This document shows, one piece after another, positions 23,118-34,225 of a stretch of 64,000 nt of DNA. Each line of letters begins with the position of its first letter. Position 1 is the first letter of the stretch. A program made the position numbers and the translations under genes. The notes below the pieces were generated by a model. It did no database searches, had not been told where the DNA came from, and saw only the letters and a program-made list of their open reading frames with translations. This DNA is from Sporopachydermia quercuum. Taxonomy: Eukaryota. The stretch spans positions 788,413-852,412 of the forward strand of contig BCGN01000009.1 of the NCBI GenBank assembly GCA_001599295.1, read 5' to 3'.

Positions 23118-26100
23118 TAGTGTATGTCTATTCGCTTGGCTGCAGATGAATTGGTGATGATTTAAACAGGAACTTTGAGATTTTACTGACAGTGTTTGAG
23201 AGCTGCTTTAAGAATAACTAAAAGTGTTTAATGCGCAAATATTCCAGTACCAATTGCAATGGTGATAGTAGTGCGCTGTAAATGAACAGAACAGAACGGG
23301 TCGCTGAAAATGGCAAGAATGTGACCGAAAGTAAGGCACACGATGCGTGTTAACTGTGATATTTTATTCGGACGGTTCACCTGTAGCGTTTTTATAGTCG
23401 ATTGACGAGAAAAACAAGGATTTTTAAGGTAAGAAGTTGGTTGTTGATCGTGATGATAGCCGTTTTGGCTGATGGATTAGTTTACGGCTAGGTTAATACG
23501 TTACGCTGATATGATTTGACTTAATTGTTTTGTGCTTTGTGGTAGTAAATAAATAGGATGACGTAATCAATAAATGATGGGAGTGAAGAACTTTATTCAG
23601 GATAGAACAGAAACTGGGTAGGCATAAAAAAATGAGTTATTGGGATCTGCTGGTCTTAGCCACAAAGAGGGTGAGGTGTCTTTGTGAAAATACTGACAAT
23701 GGTATTGGCTGGGTTATGGGACACGGAGAATTGTATAGGACTGGGATTATATATCTCTATTCTAATGTTAGCAAATAGGTCAATAAAGGTGAGATTAAAA
23801 AAAAAACATTATAAGGAGACGTGGGTTGAATTCCTTCTTTTTTGATTGGCTTTATTTATTTTGTTTTAGTTAAAAGGAATCAATATGTCAATTGATATTG
23901 CATTGGTGAGCCATCATGAGGTTGATATAGTTTCGCGGTATTCACTTGAAGGAAGTCAATGAGAGTTATTTAAATGTATAGTGTTGTTGAAATAAATGTT
24001 AGCTCTATTATTACCAGTTGATTAGTTGATACTCTGACTGAACCTGGTTATACTATCCTCAGAGTCGTATTGAGAAGAGATAGCAAGGTTGGGTGCTATT
24101 TTTTGTGTGCATATGATCGCTGTAATTCGCTAGGTATACTACTGAGCAACAAGCAAATATCAAAATACAAAGATACCCAGATTAGGACTCACAGTGAAAA
24201 AAACGGGCAAGGAAAATTTGAAGTAACAATATAAACATGATACATAGGGTGTTCTCCGATTAGTTTTATTAGATCAATAAGAAGACAACGAGAAAAATGC
24301 AAAGACGACGATCACTCGTAAGCGACTATGAATGAAAAAGTCAGACAGATCTGCTTAACCAAGAAAGCAACAAGCAAACATTTGATTTTGATCAAGTTGA
24401 ACACCGAATACATTAAATAAAGAGAATTGCTGATTAAGGCTATGAAAGCTAGATGCTAACTACCAGTAAGATATTTACCTAATTCCTATTAGTTAGCACC
24501 TCTTAGTATTTCATAATGTCTTTAGCTTTATCGTTTACATCATTCTCTAATAGTCTTTCATTCTATATGAAACACGAAAACAATTTTCCACAATAATATT
24601 TCCCTGAAAATCATATCATTATTCAGACGCTACATGATTTCCATCTAATTGAAAACAAATTGAGGTCCTTAGAGGAACTCAGCTTCTTTGGAAGGGCTCC
24701 TTTGCAGACAAAATAAGCTTTGGATTAATATGCAGGGATAGATCAGTAAATCCCAATTCATACAATTAACCGAATACTCTAACTTTAGTTTTATGAACTT
24801 TTCCTAGAAGTCAACTTCAAGTATATTTATACTTATAATAAACAACCTGTATATCAACGAGCAACAAAAAATAAAAGGACAATAACCAGTATCTCAGACA
24901 AACCAACTCCATTGACACAGAAAGTTACACTAGCGATTCATTGGAATGTTCAATAGGTAATTTTAAAAATAATAATGCTAATGCTAATAAAACCGACAGA
25001 CCTACTACTGAAAAATCAACCCATTAGGACAGTTTGGTTTTATGTGCAAAGGTTAGAGTTTTCTCGATTTATCCTTGATACAAAAAACTTTAGCAGACTT
25101 AATTAGAATAATATGAAAAATACATTGGTCCAAAGATAAGTAGGATATTGGATAGAGTTCTTAGTAGTAAATGTTGTACACTCTGGGCATTCNGAGGGTA
25201 GTGGCTGTTTTAAAGGATTAGCAATATAAGGGTTAACAATATTGGGATATTCAAATTTGATACCACTTTCTTGAAAAGTTATCAAATGATCAGGTTTGTA
25301 CAGACAGTGGAAGGAACAAGCTCCTCGTGATCAAGCACTAGCGCCTTTCATCGCTCTATTACAGTACCAGTAATGAAATAAGTATAGCTGCAATAGATTA
25401 TAGGGAACAAACACTGCAGAGGAAGCAGCAGAAGGAGGAGAGCATGAGGAGACAGGCGTCTGAAGACACTGATCTTAATATATAGGAGTAATAGGAATAG
25501 AAAAACCGTATATCAACTGTAGAGATCCGTTCTCGTTTGAAGGTGGATTTGGCGACACCCTGGCGATCAGGTAAGTCAGCATGGCTGATTGCTATGCTAT
25601 GTTCAGTGTGGACACCATGCATAAATACATCAAACCATTAGAACAATTTAAGGAATCACATCACATCAATCAAAACAATCAAGGCAGTTAAACAGGTAAT
25701 TAGTATGCTTGCAGGTATTTTATTTTTTCTATTCTCATGATTGATAGAAAGAATTTTGGCATGAATTTTTTGGGGTTTTTTATTTCATTTCAATNCTGGA
25801 ATAAACTATCAAATCTGTCTCTTACAAATATATTTATGTCTTCAATTGAAAGGTTAATTAGATGCAAAAGGACAAAAGAAACGGATAATAAACATCAACC
25901 CATCTTGCTTCTCCTCAATTGACGGCTCGTACAACAATATTTTTCTGTATTTATTGACATTCTTATCTTTGCTCAGATGTTTCAACTGGATCTCGGTCAA
26001 TCCAATCACCATCCTATACGTCTAACAACAATCCCTTGAGGTATCAATAGCCAATACATTGGATCTAGATAATGAAAAATGCATTTATTCAAACAACATT

Positions 26101-26261
26101 AAAAACAGAAAAAAAAAATAAGCCAAATGTATATATAAAACAGACTCAATCAATAAATTCGTACTACAAACAGTACAATCAAACAGAAAAGGAACGGAAA
26201 GGAACGGAAAGGAAAAACAGCACTGTAATAAAATACTGATCAACGCTAACTAACATCTTCA

Positions 26262-29200
26262 TCAAAAACCAAAGGGATTATCTGGAGTCGCATTTGAAAG
26301 GTTTGCTTTCCTTCCAGTTGCTGTAGCTTGTAAAGGTGCTGGTTGAGATCCAAATGACACTGGAGGAGGTCCTTGAGACATTTGGAATTGAGGTTGAGCA
26401 GGGTAAGCAGCCAGCGGATTGTTGGGCATAAATCCGTTTCCGGCTCCGAATCCGAACCCTGTGGCTTGAGGCTGAAGCTGGGGCTGCATCAGTGGCTGAA
26501 TTTGAGGCTGGAATTGCTGGAATTGTGGCTGATATTGCTGCTGAGGTAATCCATTTCCTCCAATAGGTCCCATATTACTAATACCAGGCTGAAATCCCAT
26601 AGGATTATTCAATGGCATTGTTTGCAAAGGAGCCATATTATTAACGCCTGTAATATTCATATTCATGCTATTCATGTTGTGCATATTGTTCATGTTCATG
26701 TTGCCTGTCATTTGATTGTTCAATGACATATTCTGCATCATTCCTGTCATTTGATTGATCTGGGTTGGAGGATTCCCCATTGGAACTTGTCCGGTGATCA
26801 TAGCTCCAAATTGGCTCTGGGGCTGGAATCCTGTTGCAGTTACAGCCATAGGCCCTGTGGCCTGGCCAATAAGAGGACCTGTGGCTTGACCGATTAAAGG
26901 CCCTGTAGCTTGACCGATTAAAGGCCCTGTAGCTTGTCCAACTAAGCNACCTGTTACCTGGCCAATCAACCCAGTAGGCTGCGATGACATATAAACACTA
27001 GCACCTGTCATTTGAGAAGCCAAAGCTCCTGGAGGGTTGGCAAAAGGATCTCTAAATGGATCACCACCTGTAGGCATAGAAATCAAGTATCCGGAGCCTG
27101 TTTTCTGGGCAGGGAGAATTCCCTGGGGAGTAACGAGAATGCCGCCAGTGACCTGTGGAACCAAAGCGTTTCCTGTTGCAACAGGTACAAGGATAGGCCC
27201 ACCAGATCCTTTACCCGAGCCCGTGCCAGTTCTAACTGGCTGCAAAGGTGCACTGTCCAGCAAATCAGCTAAAGCACCAGTAGGTTGTGCTGCAACAGAA
27301 CTTGACTGTCCCGTAGAGCTATGGTGCGACATTTGGTTTTTGCTGCTATTTTTGCTACTACTGCTAATATTATTATTGCTGCTAATATTATTCTCACTAG
27401 AAAGAGGCCGATTATATGTAGCGGCATCAGTATCGCCTGTAGTTTGAGCACTTGGCTTCACTGTCCAAGCGTCGTCGTCAAATCCATCATCGTCATACTT
27501 TGCTTGCACTTTACCAGCGTTATTATTGTCATTGCCACTGTTATTGCCGTTGGTATCGCCATTTTTAGTGCTGCTGCCATTATGGTCTGCATTACGGGAA
27601 GATAACGACAGATTTGACGCTGAGACTCCAGTTTCTCCGTTCCCAGTGCCGTTTGAGCGATTGTTCTTCAATTCTCCGCTCGGCCCTGCGAAAAGCCCCC
27701 CCGGTTGGCCCCCATCTTCCGCCTGGCCATCCGTTTTGCTCCCATCCGGTTTCTGGTCCTTATCGCGGCCGTACTTATTGTCCAAGTGTCTCACAACTCG
27801 GATGATGTCGCCCTCACGCAATCCAAGAGTTCTAAGCACGGAAGCGGTGATATCGGGCAGAATGGACTCATCCATCTGTTCTCTTTCGAAATTGAGGGCG
27901 TAGCGTTGGCAATTGTTCACGTCGACGCCACAGCCGAGGAAGAATTCAAACCAGTCATAATCGGAAGCAGGGGAGTTGCTCTGGGGGATATAATGGGGTC
28001 TAGCTGGTTTCTGCGGTGCAGAAGCCGCTGCAGCCGACGGCGAGCCGGAACCGGAACCCGTGGTAGATTCGGTTCCGTTAGGGAGCCGTTCGCGGGACCG
28101 TTCGGCTTCTCTTTCCCGTTCACGTTCCTTTTCGCGTTCGCGTTCCTGTTGTCGGAGCTTTTCCCGTTCTTCCTCCCGAATTTTGGCCCGCTCACGTTCC
28201 GTGAGCCGCTCTATCTTCCGGTCCGATTCCTTCCGCTTGACTGGCGCAACTTTAGCATAGTCTAAATTCTCACCCGTTTTCCGCTCCACATAGCTTAAAT
28301 CATCGCTGCAGAGTTTTTGAGCGGCCACAGCTATTTTCACGCCATTTTCCTTGTGGAGATGGACTTTCCCGTCGACATATCCGAGAAACTCGGCGTTCAC
28401 CTTGAAGGTTCCCGTACGGTCGGTCCAAGTGCGGAGCTTCCGAGGGTTCGGCATTTCTTTGCCTGATTTATGTTTGCGGTGCGAGGACGATTTGCCCGAG
28501 GNCTCGGCATTATTACCTGATTTGTCCTTTTTCGACTTGCTTCGGCTTAAAATCGACATGGATCTTTTCCGAGTAGACTCCTTGCCGCCGGATCCGGATC
28601 CGGACCCGATAAGGGTATTGGATCCCGAGTTAGAACCCCCGCTGATGGAGAACCGTTTGCTTTTCCTTTTAGACGGAGATGCCGTTTTTTCCGCCACAGA
28701 CGGAATCACCTCAATATAATTGCTCGGTACAACTCCTTCTTCGCCTGTGTTAGAACTCCGAACCATCCACCATTCGGAAGACTTTTTATCATCAAGAATA
28801 TAAACGGTTTCGCCTTCCAGAAGGTCAACTTCATCCGAGCCTTCAGCCCGGAAGTCATAAAGAGCTCTTCCGGATTTCAAGGAGCCAGATTTGGAAGCCA
28901 CCATTACCTCTTTGAGGCCTCTTGCATGTGCTGCGCCTCGGACTTCTCCGAGGGTCTCCGCGATTTCGTTGGCCAGATCCTTGGAGCTGCAATAAAGGTC
29001 TAGACTTCTGGCGGGGTTCTGGAAGTCCAAAAATAGGTGTTTCTTTTCTGCAGAATAGTAAATAAGGTCCTCGGCTGCCCACTTTTGAGGCTCTGAAGGA
29101 GCATAGGTGCTAGTGGAGAAGCCGGTTGGAGAGAACCAAACATAGCCGTCACTGACTCCGAGGTTGCATTTGAGTTTCTTTTTCCCACTTACTTCGGCCA

Positions 29201-29939
29201 GTTCCCAAGAATAGAAGTTTGAGTCCGTGGGGAGTTGTGGCGAAGCCGAGGAGGCTGAGGTGGTCCTTCTTGGTCTCTCGGGAGCATCATAGGAGTCGTC
29301 AGTACGTTTTCGAGAAGGCAACCGAGGGGCTTCCTCAAATTCCGAATCGTTGTAATAAGGTTCTTGAGGCGCAGCAGCGGGAGAAGGTTCCGGTGCGTAT
29401 TGCGGCTCAGACAAAGCAGGATTTGATCTCTGGGGAGGCGGTGGAAAAGCACGAGCATCGAGAGAACCGTAAGCGTTGACGGGAGTAGCTTGAGTCTGGG
29501 CCACAGGCGCTACCGCGGATGCAGGAGTAACAGACTGAGCCGCGGGAGCCCCAGATCCCATCTCTATATAATTNGACGGAATAAACCCAAACTCCTCATT
29601 CCGCAACCCGACAAGTATCCAATCCGGATCTTCCGCATCGTAAACATCAAATACATCGTTCTCAGCAAAGGAAATCTCCTCCTCTGTCTGCTTGTCATAA
29701 TCGTATAACGCTCTAGCACTACTAATAGCTGCTGCTGGCTCAATATATGTTCTAGGTACTATCCCTGAAGGCTCCTCGACATCATTGCCAACCATACGTT
29801 TCTTTACAAGCCACCAATCATCGGTTTGGGATTTTTCAAGCAAGTAAAGCAAATCACCTTCTTCAATTGATAATTCTTTGTCTGTTTGAGCTGTATAAGG
29901 ATACAGAGCTCTGTAGACACCTATGAATAGGGAAGGCAT
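26262..29939 (-). CDS. SLA1: Endocytic adaptor Sla1
   Basis: Three SH3 domains (ALYPY/ALYDY/ALYDF), SHD1 (RTWTDRTGTFKVNAEFLG), SAM-like SHD2 (DWFEFFLGCGVD), LLD clathrin-box-like motif, C-terminal QxTG repeats and terminal NATPDNPFGF. Confidence 0.95.
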   Translation of the reverse strand: MPSLFIGVYRALYPYTAQTDKELSIEEGDLLYLLEKSQTDDWWLVKKRMVGNDVEEPSGIVPRTYIEPAAAISSARALYDYDKQTEEEISFAENDVFDVYDAEDPDWILVGLRNEEFGFIPXNYIEMGSGAPAAQSVTPASAVAPVAQTQATPVNAYGSLDARAFPPPPQRSNPALSEPQYAPEPSPAAAPQEPYYNDSEFEEAPRLPSRKRTDDSYDAPERPRRTTSASSASPQLPTDSNFYSWELAEVSGKKKLKCNLGVSDGYVWFSPTGFSTSTYAPSEPQKWAAEDLIYYSAEKKHLFLDFQNPARSLDLYCSSKDLANEIAETLGEVRGAAHARGLKEVMVASKSGSLKSGRALYDFRAEGSDEVDLLEGETVYILDDKKSSEWWMVRSSNTGEEGVVPSNYIEVIPSVAEKTASPSKRKSKRFSISGGSNSGSNTLIGSGSGSGGKESTRKRSMSILSRSKSKKDKSGNNAEXSGKSSSHRKHKSGKEMPNPRKLRTWTDRTGTFKVNAEFLGYVDGKVHLHKENGVKIAVAAQKLCSDDLSYVERKTGENLDYAKVAPVKRKESDRKIERLTERERAKIREEEREKLRQQEREREKEREREREAERSRERLPNGTESTTGSGSGSPSAAAASAPQKPARPHYIPQSNSPASDYDWFEFFLGCGVDVNNCQRYALNFEREQMDESILPDITASVLRTLGLREGDIIRVVRHLDNKYGRDKDQKPDGSKTDGQAEDGGQPGGLFAGPSGELKNNRSNGTGNGETGVSASNLSLSSRNADHNGSSTKNGDTNGNNSGNDNNNAGKVQAKYDDDGFDDDAWTVKPSAQTTGDTDAATYNRPLSSENNISSNNNISSSSKNSSKNQMSHHSSTGQSSSVAAQPTGALADLLDSAPLQPVRTGTGSGKGSGGPILVPVATGNALVPQVTGGILVTPQGILPAQKTGSGYLISMPTGGDPFRDPFANPPGALASQMTGASVYMSSQPTGLIGQVTGXLVGQATGPLIGQATGPLIGQATGPLIGQATGPMAVTATGFQPQSQFGAMITGQVPMGNPPTQINQMTGMMQNMSLNNQMTGNMNMNNMHNMNSMNMNITGVNNMAPLQTMPLNNPMGFQPGISNMGPIGGNGLPQQQYQPQFQQFQPQIQPLMQPQLQPQATGFGFGAGNGFMPNNPLAAYPAQPQFQMSQGPPPVSFGSQPAPLQATATGRKANLSNATPDNPFGF
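26849..26962 (-). repeat. 24-bp coding tandem repeat (GQATGPLI, ~4-5 copies) in the SLA1 tail
   Basis: Near-identical units ggccctgtagcttgaccgattaaa on the + strand. Confidence 0.85.
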
Positions 29940-31795
29940 TGCGGCTTAGTGGACTAGGAATAGGAATAGGAAAGGATGCCACAGAGTACTCAAACAGGAA
30001 ATACGACAGCCAAAAACGGATAAATTAAGTGGGATTTTAACCTTACCTGGTCAATAAGCCACAATTTTGATTGATCCGTTATATATCTATATGTATTTAT
30101 GACCAATATCCAATAGTCCGTCTGATCGATATGCCAGAGAGTAGAAGCGAAGACAATTGATCACTAAAGGAGAACTCCGAGAAATCACGGTGCAAATACC
30201 CGAAATATCCATTTATCTAATCCCGTTGATCCCAGATTTATGANCTTTTCCGTTGATTGGTCTGAAAACATCAATCCGGTTTCCGATGCGTCCGCTCCGA
30301 ATGTTTGGCCTGGCGTTGATGATAATCGGAGAAGCAATTTGGCTCCGATCAAATGGATGCGATAACCCTGAAAATGAATATAGATTACGTGATATGAAAT
30401 GGGCTAAGGAGACAAGGGGGTATAGGAGAGACAAAGGGGCATCAGATGTAAGGGTGGACAGCAAGAGTTAGAGGGGGATGCCTGAAGACGAGAAAATGAG
30501 TAAGGGAGAAAAAAAGAAGCAAGGGAAACGGTAAGAAAAATATATGGAAGAGAAAAGGAATTGTAGATGATACAAGAGGAGGAAGTTTCAAGAGTTAAGG
30601 ATAGGTTTTCACTTTTTTGCTTCCTATTTTCTTTTGGAGATGCTGGAATGGAAATTAGTTGAATTGAGTTGGGGCACTTCGCGTCTCGTTTCAGAATGTA
30701 TCTAATAACAGGTGTATGATACTTATCTCTGTNCCAGAAGGTGAATTATCCATCGACTTTCTTCTATCTCTATGATTTAACTGAATTGGAGGACTTGAAT
30801 TATGTTTTTAGGAGAGAATTTCATGAATTGAGTATAGTTAAGCTGTTTTGCTCAGTTTTATGAGAAGATTGTCTGCAGTTGAGAAGTTTGAAGACGCCTG
30901 AAATCCGAAAAGGTGCCAATATCAGGGAATGACATTTAGACTATCAACTGTAACTTTTCCACCACATGACCCGATAATCATTATAAATAGCTAGAAATTA
31001 CTGACAAAGCTATTTTTGAATAGAAATAAATTAAGTAGTATACTGTCAATAATTCCCAGTAAAACTGCCTGCATTCCTACTATCAGTACTCATCCAACTT
31101 CCACGGTCTTTCGGAAATGAGATGTCCAATATCAGGTGATCATAGTATTCTGAACTCACTTTGGCCGTTATACGTCGTGCCAAGGAAGATGAGGAAGAGA
31201 TGAGATGGATAAGGTAATTTGGGCTTCTTATATGTTAACCATATTGATGATGAAAAGAAAAGAGGCACATAATGGAGAATAGAGGCGGAGAGATTTACAT
31301 AGTATAATTCAACGATATCAGATAGAAAGATAATGTATGTCAGGACAGTTCAATGTACGTAGACTGTAGAAATGTGCTTGCATCTCTCGTAGTTCGTACA
31401 AAGTAAATGTTATCCTACATTAGTATGGCCAACACTATATATAATAATAATCGTTATTCATAAATACATCATAGAAGAAACTAATCAAAAATAAGAAGGG
31501 ATAAACTGCTGTGCGTAGAGGCGATTTGAAAACACTTAGAATGTATCTAAGATATGTAAACCTAACAATAGTGGATTGCATTTCAACGTAACACTTCTCT
31601 AGAATAAGGGCAATTGCCTGAATATATATGCACCAAAACACACATCGCATACAATTATCAAAGATGCTGTATTTAATACAATTCATATTGGTGGTCATGA
31701 TACCAAGCTTCACACTATGTGATCCCCTGTCACATTGAACAACCTACAATCTTCATAATCATTTCTTTTCACAACTTCTACAACACTCTCATGCC

Positions 31796-32374
31796 TTAGT
31801 TGGCCTTGCTTGTCTTGAACTTAGCAATTTCTGCATCAGCAATCTTATTCATGCTGTCCTGAAGATCCTTTCTCAGACCAAAGGCAAAAAGAATCTCAAA
31901 CAATACAAAATAAGGAGCAAGAACTAAGGCCTGCACCAAATTATCAAGTAAAGCTGGTGCTCTTCTTTCAAATACACCATGACTCATAAATTGCATCAAC
32001 CAGCCAATTACAAATACCGAAACAGCTAGTTGATTGATAGTTAAGATTTTGTCACCTAATAGTGGAACAAACGATGGCACGGTGAACAAGAAAGGAAGAG
32101 CTGACACATGAATCAAATTAGTTACTTTCCATGAAAACAACAGCAAAAGAGGAGCTACGAGAAATCCAAGCTTATCAAGATAAATGTAGAACAAGGCATA
32201 TCCCAAGCTTCCGAAAGTACCAAGATTGACATAAGGATTGCTTGCAAATACAATGTTGGTGACTAATGAGATGGTGGAGAAGTAAATCAGTGGCACGAAT
32301 ACCACATGAACTAGAACGTTCACCGAGTTGTGATGATAAGCTCTGTAGAAAGCCAATTGTTCTTCGAGCTTCAT
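31796..32374 (-). CDS. MPO1: DUF962 membrane protein, Mpo1-like (2-hydroxy fatty acid dioxygenase)
   Basis: LEEQLAFYRAYHHNSVNVLVH, GWLMQFMSHGVFERRAPALLDNLVQALVLAPYFV. Confidence 0.88.
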   Translation of the reverse strand: MKLEEQLAFYRAYHHNSVNVLVHVVFVPLIYFSTISLVTNIVFASNPYVNLGTFGSLGYALFYIYLDKLGFLVAPLLLLFSWKVTNLIHVSALPFLFTVPSFVPLLGDKILTINQLAVSVFVIGWLMQFMSHGVFERRAPALLDNLVQALVLAPYFVLFEILFAFGLRKDLQDSMNKIADAEIAKFKTSKAN

Positions 32375-33437
32375 TGTATTTTTCTTTTTTGAAGTATATT
32401 CCAGAAGGTGTTACTTTATGCAAAGAAACCAATTAACCAGCTTGTTTAATAGATAACTATTGAGGTAGATAGCAAGGTAGCTAGTTCGGCTTGTGATAAT
32501 CAGTAGATCCGAATGACCCGATGTATCTTTCAACAGACATTCACTTTGACAAGACCACCAATACAATTTCTTATTACCAGCTCGAAAACTTAAACATTTA
32601 CCATTTCTTCATCTTCTATCATTATATGTTTTCCAAAGCAAGTTAGGCTGTGTATGTATAACCATTTGGATATCACCAAGTGGAAGTGAATATAGATTTC
32701 TAGGGCAAAATATGCCCTATGATTACAAACATGTCATGTGAATCTGTGATTATTATTTTGACATGTGTAATTGGCTGATAACCTGAATCTGGAGTGAGAT
32801 GTGAAGTTGGTANACACACTATACTCTGCAGGGGTAGGTACTTCAGAGAATATAAGTCAACAAGAGGAGAAGAAAGAAACCATTAATGAACCTGATGATT
32901 GAAGGAGTTAATATAATAATTCATCAAAACAGTAGACTGAATATATTAGAAATGCCGAGTATTATAGTTACGGCTGATTCCAAGTTTGCTAGATATCATC
33001 TTTTAAGCTTCACCTTAAAACTATCTCATTTAAGTGATCACATAATCATTAAACTATTCAGAACTTTGAAATACTGGCAAGNGAAAGGCAGACAAGTAAA
33101 TAAAACAACCTTTTTAATCCTTAAAACGTGTATACGCAAATCAATAAACTTAATCTATCTTCTCTGTTATTTGATTATTTATCAGAGAATTTCTTTTTGG
33201 CATCTCCAAAACAGGATTTGACCTGTTCCTCACTCATTAGNTTACGGCCACTCAACAGTACTATTAGTACAGGGAGGGTACTTGATGAATGCTCTGAAAA
33301 CAATGAAACTTAACAAAACTGATACCTGAAATTGCCTAGAGTAAGTATAACTAGTTAATAATTCGCCATCAAGTTCACTGTAAAAGATGGAAGAAGATTC
33401 TCGAGAGCGAAGAAAACTGGACAAGTTGTTCTAGCCA

Positions 33438-33516
33438 GAAAACAGGATTGGAAAACATGATTGAAAAACATGATCGGAAACCACAATTCGAAAACCGCAA
33501 TTGGAAAACCACAATT
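33438..33516. repeat. Degenerate 13-14 bp tandem repeat (~6 copies)
   Basis: gaaaacaggattg gaaaacatgattg aaaaacatgatcg gaaaccacaattc gaaaaccgcaattg gaaaaccacaatt. Confidence 0.7.
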
Positions 33517-34225
33517 AGTCATAATTTCTTGAGTTTGTCAAGTGTCGTTAGGACTACTTATAAAACCATTCTTATATGGTAATACTTGTCATACTCATCG
33601 ACTCTTCTACCAGTGAAAGGCTACGCCATTGTTCCTGATTTTGTTTTTTCCCCTTACATGCAAAGTGTGAAAAATATGCTGAAGAAAGGTTTAGCTAATG
33701 AAACAAACTTTAACCCCAACTCAAATGCATTCTTTTGGGTCTTCTTTTATTAAGAAAATCCCACTGGAAAGAGAAAACTTTTCTCCAGATACCGCTCAAA
33801 AATCACTTATGTAAAAGAATATAATAAGATTTATCATATTTAAAAAAAAATTATCATTTTTTCTTAGCATTAAACTACTATATTCCACTCAATAGTTCTC
33901 GTATATCCTCTCGAGGAAGATCAAACTGTAAACACTAACCCCAGCTGTGCCTTTTTGAACCTTATTAAAGTTTTTACTTCACCAATTTTATTCCGAACCT
34001 TATCCCAGCCTCAAATACCCTTTCCAACATTATATAATCCTGATTGTCCACTGTTCTCTACTTCCTATTCATTTATCCTAAAAGAACTTCATTAATTAGT
34101 AGAAAATCTTTAGAAATGCTTCATATTGATGCAAGCTTATCAATTGACTTCTTTTGACTCATTCTCAACTCTCAGAGCTCGCTTTATATTCAGCTAAACA
34201 ACACATAGAATTGTCATTCATCAAA

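Noticed and set aside
25560..25580. CAGGTAAGT (reverse complement ACTTACCTG, like the U1 snRNA 5' end or a 5' splice site); similar ACTTACCTGG near 6476
   Set aside because: No following U1 stem-loop or Sm site, and no convincing exon/branch-point structure.
27012..29708. Numerous 60-190 aa antisense or overlapping ORFs within SLA1 (likewise within UBP12, GEA2, PSE1 and GAS)
   Set aside because: Shadow ORFs of GC-richer or low-complexity coding sequence, with no independent motifs.
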